A stretch of DNA of 63,417 nucleotides, counting the filler, from Octopus bimaculoides (taxonomy: Eukaryota), in NCBI RefSeq assembly GCF_001194135.2. It is 10 parts of 8 records of this genome, joined end to end, with 100 filler letters (N's around TTAATTAATTAA, not from the genome) between each part and the next. Parts side by side here need not be neighbours in the genome. Positions count along the whole stretch, not along the records: positions 55,056 to 61,251 come from NC_068982.1; positions 61,352 to 63,417 come from NC_068987.1; 8 more parts are not named here. One strand, written 5' to 3'. The stretch's first letter is position 1. Every line of letters starts with the position of its first letter. The notes beneath the pieces were generated by a model. It had not been told where the DNA came from, made no database searches, and saw only the letters and a list, made by a program, of their open reading frames with translations. This document shows, in pieces, positions 55,416 to 63,417 of this stretch. The position numbers and the translations under genes are program-made.

Positions 55416-55986
55416 GATACAGGTAAGGAAATAATTTTATTCTCAAACGCAGGATAATGTTAATGACATAGCATGAACAGGATAAACTATCCATATTTTG
55501 CAGAAAAATCTGTTGGTGGCCCGCTGACTTTCAGCATAAGTTGAATTTAATGTATGATAGCGTCTTATGAAGCTAGATTTATATATCCTAAATTTGCAGA
55601 AGAATTTGTCGTGCGAGCGGTTTAGCTTAATGGTAAAGCACTTGACGCGTAATCACAGCGATGTGAATTTGAGTCTCGTGGCTGGCTGGTGACAGATTTT
55701 TCTGCAAAATATGAATAGTTTATTCTGTTCATGCTATATCGAAAGATATTAAGCTAAACTGCCTGAACGACAAATTTTGCAAATTTAGGATATATATACA
55801 TCTGTTGTTCGGGCAGTTTCGCTTAATGGTTAAGCACTTGACATGTAATCACAGGGATGTGAATTCGAGTCTTGTGGCTGGCCGGTGACAGATTTTTCTA
55901 CAATATATGGATAGCTTATTCTGTTCATGCTATATTTATTAGCATTATCCTGCATTTGAGAATAAAATTATTTCTTTATCTGTATC
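55416..55986. repeat. Nested inverted/direct repeat containing two tRNA-Thr-like sequences
   Basis: Outer IR 55416-55513 / 55888-55986, inner IR about 55580-55630 / 55748-55798, direct ~125-bp duplication at about 55612 and 55808. Confidence 0.8.
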
Positions 55987-56209
55987 ATATATATGTATGT
56001 ATATATGTATATATATGTACATAGTGCTGCATTATATATTTCATGTTATATACCTGTAAATGCATGGGCTAAATGAATACATACATACGTACATACACAT
56101 ATGTATGCGTACATATATATATGTATACACATACAAGCATATATATATGTTTTGCATTCTTGTCCCATTTTATATTATTTATATATACAGTGGCGTGCGT
56201 ACACTTTGG

Positions 56210-56259
<50 letters not shown>

Positions 56260-56499
56260 ACATATACATACATGTATATGTATACACACACACACATTCT
56301 TATATTCTTTTAGCCCAGTGTATTTACAGGTATACAAAATATAAAAAACATCTCTGATATTCCCAATTCTGAACCAGTTTTATCCCTCGCTAAAACATGC
56401 AATTCTGTAATTGCTCTTGAAAGCTAATTCTTCAAATCACTTGCATCTATCTCCAGATATACACCAATCTTTTGCATATTTTAAAAGCAACTATTGCAT

Positions 56500-56580
56500 T
56501 AACAATGACAATGACGATGATGATGATGATGATGACGATGATGATGATGATGGTGGTGGTGGTGGTGGTGGTGGTGGTGA

Positions 56581-56611
<31 letters not shown>

Positions 56612-56652
56612 GGTGGTGGTGATGATGATGATGATGATGATAATGATGATGG

Positions 56653-56690
<38 letters not shown>

Positions 56691-56992
56691 GTGATGGTTG
56701 TAGTAGTGGTGGTGGTACTGATAGTAGCAGTGGTAGTAGTGATAGTGGTGGTATCAGTGAAAACAGTGACAATAATGCTGAGGATGAAGCTGGTGGTGGT
56801 AGTGGTGACAATGATGGTGATGCTGCTGCTGCTGCTGATGCTGATGCGGAAGATGGTGTTGGTAATGATGATGATGATGATGGTGGTGGTGGTAGTGGTG
56901 GTAGTGATGGTGGTGGTGGTAGTAGTGGTGGAGGTGGGTGATAGTGGTGCTGGTGGTAATATCAGTGGTGTGGTGGCAGTGGAATTGCTGTC

Positions 56993-57037
<45 letters not shown>

Positions 57038-57400
57038 AACGACGATGATGACGATGACGATAATGATGATGATGATGACGATGACGACGACGACGACGAC
57101 GACGACGACGATGATGATGATGATGAGGATGGTGATGTTGATGATGGTGTAGATGCCAACTAGAAACAAAAATGACGGTGACAACAACGACGACGAGGAC
57201 GAGGTAGATGACGACAGTGGCGTTGGTGGCGGCGATGGCAGCGGCTTGTGACAGCAATGGTGATAGCGGTGGCGGGGTGGGAGTGACAGCAGTGGAGTGG
57301 AAGAGGGGAGGTGCGCATGACAGCGGTGACAGCAATGGCAGTTGAGATGATGAAGCAATGCGGGAAGATGGTGGTGGCAGCGATGGACCGGTTGCAGGAA
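56500..57400. repeat. Compound trinucleotide low-complexity tract (GAT/GGT/AGT/GCT/GAC)
   Basis: Direct reading; about 900 bp of interleaved triplet runs with long stop-free frames on both strands. Confidence 0.9.
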
Positions 57401-59013
57401 GCAGTTTCTTCAGCGTTACAATAAAAATATTATAGATATTTTCAGTTGCATATCCTTGCAGTGAATCATTTGATGCCAAAGATGAGAACAAGATGAGTTG
57501 TAATTATTGTTGTTGTTGTTGTTGTTGTTGTTGCTGTTGTAATTGTTGCTACTGTTCTTGTTTTGTGATGTTTGTTTTTTTTTGTTAATGAGATTCAGAA
57601 GGATTTTATATTTATTTTGATATATTATATGTATAGTTTTTTTTTTTTTCAAAAATGCTTAATTTTGTTTGATCATACATTTCTCTTTTTCCTTCTTTTT
57701 TTCCCCTTTTTTTCTTTTTTTTTTTTTCAAATTGCTGGGATCTGGATCTGGATGAAGGGACAATGCTCATGTTTGTTGTGTTGCAGACCCCTTTGAGGAC
57801 AGTGAGATTGATGCTGGTGCTGTTTTGTTTATATAATTGTAATAGAATTCCAAAAGTGTAAAATTTCAGGTACCTTAAACAAAATAAGGGAGGGAGAGGG
57901 AGAGACAGATAGACAGATGTATAGATAGATCGATCAATCGATACACACACACACACACATACGTCATCACCACCACCACCAACACCACCAACACCACCAC
58001 CACCACCACTACCATCAACATCATTTAATGTCTGTTTTCCAAGCTGGCATGGGTTGGATGACTTGAATGAAAATTGTTATCTAGGGAGCTGCACCAGTTT
58101 TCAGTCTGATTTGGCCTGGTTTCTACAGTTGGATGCCCTTTCTAATGCCAACCACTCCAAGAGTGTAGTAGGTGTTTTTTAACATGTTACCGGCATGGGC
58201 AGCAGTTATGAAACACTAGCATCAGCCATGACTATGATCTGACTTGGCTTGTCAGGTCTTCTTAAGCACTGTATATTGCCAAAAGTCTTGGTCATTTGTC
58301 ACTATATATATGTGTGTGTGCATGTGTGTGTGTATGTGTGTGTGTGTGTGTGTGTGCGTGTCTGTGTGTGTTTGAAAAGGTTAAATGAAAGCACTCACAC
58401 ATAAGAAAAATATTTCTTCCTAAAAATGGTTAGTAACATCCTGATAAAAGATTTCATAACATTTAAAAAAAAAAATAAATTAAAAAAAAAATCACCTTTA
58501 CACTTCAAAACTGCATTAAGTAATTTTCAAATATATANNNNNNNNNNCCGCCTGACTGGCCCTCATGCCGGTGGCACCTGAAAGCACCCACTACACTCTC
58601 AGAGTGGTTGGTGTTAAGAAGGGCATCCAGCCGTAGAAACTCTGCCAGATCAGATTGGAGCCTGTTGCAGTCATCTGGTTCGGCAGTCCTCTGTCAAATC
58701 GTCCAACCCATGCTAGCATGGAATGCAGACGTTAAACGATGATGATGATGATGATGATATATATTCTGTTATTCTTTTATTCTTTTACTTGTTTCAGTCA
58801 TTTTACTGCGGCCATGCTGGAGCACCACCTTTAGTTGAGCAAATCGACACCAAGACTTATTCTTTGCAAGCCTAGTACTTATTCTATCAGTGTCTTTTAC
58901 TGAACTACTAAGTTATGGGGGACGTAAACATACCAGCATTAGTTGTTAAGTGATGTTGGGGGGTACAAACACACACACACACACACACACACATACATAC
59001 ATACATACATACA

Positions 59014-59065
<52 letters not shown>

Positions 59066-59206
59066 CACACGTGCTTCTTTCAGTTTCCGTCTACCAAATC
59101 CACTTACAAGGCTTTGTCCACCCGAGGCTATAGTAGAAGACACTCACCCAAGGTGCCACGCAGTGGGACTGAACCTGGAACCATGTGGTTGGTAAGCAAG
59201 CTACTT

Positions 59207-60712
59207 TATTTCAAAATTTTGCCATAAAGGCATAACATAGAGGGGACACTACAAAACATGTGGGCACATATAACAATTAAAATTATATAAAAATAAAATA
59301 TGATACTATGATACTATGAATGACACTTAAAAATGAACATGAAAAAATAAAATCAAAATATTAAAATCAAAATATTAAAGTTATGATAACATGAATGATA
59401 TCTTGAAAATGAGAATATGAAAATTGTGTTACTCACCCCACACTGAGTAACACCACACGCCACCTCTGAGTCCTAAGTCCTCTTTAGTCTCTTGTTCAGT
59501 CCTTCTTTTTCAGCTTTCCCCATTGCTGAGTGACAACACTCTCATCTCCATGTAGATGCAACCTTTTTCACCTGGGGAGGGGGTCTTGTAAATTTCTGGT
59601 GTCTGTTCTTTCTTCTTCTTTTTTCCTGTGGGGAAAGGGGTGGATGGGTGGGTTTGGTGTCTGTATGGGGAGGATGGGTCTGAGTGGTCTTGGGTGGGAT
59701 GGCATTGGTTTGGGGTACCACATCATACTCGTTGTTCTTCTTTTTCTTCCTCTTCTTACTTACGCTCTGTCACTATCCACTATTCCTCCTTGTTCTTTCT
59801 GTCTGTCTCTTCTTCCCTTTTCTCCTCCGTCTCCACAACCACTTCTGTTATTTTCATCTGCAGAGGGCAGTGTGCTCTAATGTGGCCCTTTTGGCCACAT
59901 TCAAAACATCGTAGGACTCTGCCCTCCATCCACACTCTTAACACAATCTCTCCTAACGTCACTGTCTCCGCCAAACCCTCCAATTGCCTCTCCTCTGCGT
60001 GTATAACGAGGTCCAGTGTTTTTCTTCTCCATCCTCCTTCCTCTGTTTCTGTGGCTTGGAGGACAACCACCTCCTCCTCACTTCCAACGAGGATGGCTGC
60101 CACAACCCAAGCCACTTCTATATCGGGTGGAAGGAATCCCACCCTCACCTTGGAAGTCTTTCTTCCAAGATACGTGGGTAGAAGCACCACTTCCTCCGTC
60201 CTCGCCGCTACACTCGCCAGCCTCCTCGCCTCTTCCACTGTCCTAAACTGCACAACCACCGTCCCGTATTTTCTTCCTCTTGTTATATACATTATTTGGC
60301 TTGATTGTTCCCTCAGTGCCTTTTCCATTTTTGCCGCTTCCACCTGTTCGACCTTCTTGTTCTCCAAAGAGTGCACCTTGTAGGTGATGTTTTTTCTCCA
60401 TGTTCTCCATGGTTCTTTTAGGGGCAACAACTTCACGTCGCCGCCCACCTTCTGTGTCATCTTGCCATACTCCTTCAATCTAGCCAAGTCCACTTCCTTT
60501 CTCTTCACCTCCGCAGCCTCAGCAAAACTCTTTGTTTTTTCTTATATTTTATCCATTTTTTCCACCGCCTTCACGAGCTCCTCCTCCACTGAAGACAACT
60601 CAGGCCCGCTAAGGTCTGAATACATTCTCTTTGCTCTCAAAGCAGCAAAAAAAGTAACATATGACTTGCACACAAACGACAAACTAAATGCACTCTGGGT
60701 AACCAGAAGCCA
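59207..60712 (-). mobile_element. 1506-bp non-LTR retroelement carrying only a gag-like ORF1, flanked by a 16-bp target-site duplication
   Basis: GGTAAGCAAGCTACTT at both 59191-59206 and 60713-60728. Removing the insert restores a contiguous SINE head. The 3' end is an AT-rich UTR whose AATAAA runs into the TSD. No endonuclease or RT sequence inside. Confidence 0.85.
59780..60625 (-). pseudogene. Disrupted LINE ORF1 (gag-like) protein with CCHC zinc knuckle
   Basis: ATG at 60625: MYSDLSGPEL..MDKI*EKTKSFAEAAEVKRKE, in frame with the 242-aa ORF containing CFECGQKGHIRAHC (CX2CX4HX4C). One in-frame TAA at 60542-60544. A K/E-rich then P/T-rich continuation with stops and frameshifts runs to about 59420. 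Confidence 0.85.
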
Positions 60713-60750
60713 GGTAAGCAAGCTACTTACCACACAGCCTCTCGTGTGCC

Positions 60751-60818
<68 letters not shown>

Positions 60819-61185
60819 AAGAGAGATCAAGCATATAAAGTTCTTCATGAGATTGAATCTCATTATAATGAATCAACCTCAGTACTTATTTTTTAAGCTT
60901 GGTACTTATTCTAGTGGTCTCTTTTGCCGAACCACTAAGTTACGGGGATGTAAACACACCAACATCGGTTGTCAAGTGGTGATGGAGGGACATATGCGCA
61001 CACACATATACATATATATACGATGGGCTTCTTTCAGTTGCCATCTACCAAATCCACTTACAAGGCTTTGGTCAGCCTGGAGCTATAGTAGATGACACTT
61101 GCCCATGGAGCGATACTGTGGGACTGAACCCAGAACCACATGGTTGAGAAGCAAGCTTCTTACCATACACCCACTCCTGTGCCTA

Positions 61186-61216
<31 letters not shown>

Positions 61217-61588
61217 ATATATATAGTATATGTATATGTGTAAATATATATNNNNNNNNNNNNNNNNNNNNNNNNNNNNNNNNNNNNNNNNNNNNTTAAT
61301 TAATTAANNNNNNNNNNNNNNNNNNNNNNNNNNNNNNNNNNNNNNNNNNNNACATATATATATGTATGTATGTATATTATGGTTTTGGACTACTGTGTTA
61401 GCCAGGATCACGTGGTGATGAGGCAATATATATGTGTGTGCGTTTGTGTGTGTGTATGTGTGTGTGTGTGTGTGTGCACGTGTGTGTGCATGTGTGTGTA
61501 TATGTGTGTGTGTTTCTGCGCGCGTGCGCGTACTTGTGTATGTATGAATGCGCATTGGTCTATTCAAGCTCTCAGAAATACGTATAAT

Positions 61589-61629
<41 letters not shown>

Positions 61630-61780
61630 GCACGCACACCTACCTGACAGGTGTTTTCTCAATTTTCGTATTTCTTTTCTATGATGTACTTGACACAATT
61701 TTACCTAGCTTTCTCTCGATTTATCTGTCTATCGCAATCTAATTATTTTTCTCCACCTATCTTCTTCTTCTTCTTCTTCT

Positions 61781-61819
<39 letters not shown>

Positions 61820-61836
61820 TCCTTACTTTATCTATC

Positions 61837-61893
<57 letters not shown>

Positions 61894-62081
61894 GTATGTG
61901 TGTGTAAATATAAATATAAATGTATATATATATATATACATATGTATACATATATATGATGTATAAGTATATATAAATATTTATGTATATATACATACGT
62001 ATAAATATGGATATAAATATAAATATATATGTATATATATATATATATGTGTATGTATATATATATATATATGTATGTACA

Positions 62082-62115
<34 letters not shown>

Positions 62116-62148
62116 CATATATATGTACATATATGTGTATATATAGAG

Positions 62149-62240
<92 letters not shown>

Positions 62241-62821
62241 TCGTATATATGTGTGTGTGTGCGTGTGTATGTATGTGTATGTGTATATATACATACATAC
62301 GTAAGGAACAGAGAGGGAAAGAGAGAGAGAGAAAGATAAAAGAAATAATTTTTCCAGCCATGTCAACGCAGTCTTTTATATTTCCCAGACAGGTAGAGAT
62401 TCCTTCCACTTTACATTCACTTAAATATTGCGACCAGCTACTTTATACAGCTTGCCAGAGAGCCAGAATGAAAAACCCAAGCAACGGTTATTTACCTGAA
62501 GCTTTCTATAACGTCTATTACCTTCTCTCTCCACCCCCTCTCTCTCTCTCTCTCACTTTGTCTCTCTCTTTTTCATTCGCTTTCTCACTCACACTTTTTG
62601 CATACATACACATACACGCATGCACTTACACAACTGGAGCTGTTCATAGCTATTCGCTACAAGCACGCAATACACACAGACTGTATAGTGGTCTAAACAA
62701 TCTATTCACATTTACTATAAATATTATGCCTTTGTTATATTTCCAGGAACTATGGTTTGTGGGAGCGTGGGCGGCCATATTCATCATCATCATTATCGTC
62801 ATCATCATCTTCATCATCATC

Positions 62822-62901
<80 letters not shown>

Positions 62902-63119
62902 TATTATTATTATTATTATTATTATTAATAGCACGCCAGACAAAATACTTAGCGACATTTCGCCCGTCTTTACGTTCTGAGTCCAAATTCCACCGACGTC
63001 GACATTGCTCTTCATCCTTTCGATGTCGATAAATTAAGTATCAGTTACGTACTGGTGTCGATGTAATCCACTTATCCCATCTCCTCCAAATTTCAGGCCT
63101 AATGTCTTTAGCAGAAAGG

Positions 63120-63158
<39 letters not shown>

Positions 63159-63417
63159 TAGTTTTATTTTTATAACGTGCTTTCACTTCACTACCGAGCG
63201 CAGCTCTGTGCGCCTTGGGTATGTGCTGTGGTTTGCTGTGGTGCTCTTATGTTTACTGTATTGAAAGTGTTTTGCGTAGAATATGTGCAGTACCCAGTAG
63301 TGCAATTTTCTGTATGTTATATATATTTGTAAGTCCTGCTATTTTTGTTATGTATTTGTCTGAATATTTTTTTATTATACCTAAGGCACCTACTATGATA
63401 GGAATTGTTTCTGTTTT

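Larger units (their letters stand above)
58760..60752 (-). mobile_element. SINE family B copy interrupted by the ORF1-only element
   Basis: Body at 58760-59206; the head resumes at 60713-60752 (minus strand TATAGGCACACGAGAGGCTGTGTGGTAAGTAGCTTGCTTACC). Confidence 0.85.

Noticed and set aside
62744-62775. RNYGLWER resembling the PGNYGMWDQ motif of exon 46632
   Set aside because: Only about 19 nt of similarity, running into a (CAT)n tract; within chance expectation for this window size.

Overview
AT-rich, microsatellite-dense, heavily gapped metazoan scaffold. The SINE/LINE landscape and (AAT)n/(TA)n/(CA)n density look like an octopus (coleoid cephalopod) genome; this is inference, not a database result. 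The only host gene I can support is a + strand type-B carboxylesterase/cholinesterase-fold gene. Three phase-compatible internal exons are visible (42915-43064, 44081-44267, 46632-46817), and the catalytic Ser is replaced by Asp (GHDAG). Its first and later exons are not visible (gaps or outside the window). The rest is intronic or intergenic: several SINE families, LINE fragments (R4/Dong-like, RTE, HERO-like), Tc1/mariner, pogo-like and hAT relics, and Penelope-type termini with minimal hammerhead ribozyme motifs. Best candidates for novelty: (1) a 1.5 kb ORF1-only gag-like retroelement with an exact 16-bp TSD inserted into a SINE head; (2) minimal hammerheads, one with a variant core; (3) two near-perfect 87-bp and 148-bp fold-back hairpins; (4) a nested palindrome carrying two tRNA-Thr-like copies; (5) a cryptic ~300-bp-period diverged array; (6) kb-scale CpG-decay domains readable from SINE copies. 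Nearly all long ORFs in the supplied track are artifacts of N runs and microsatellites.
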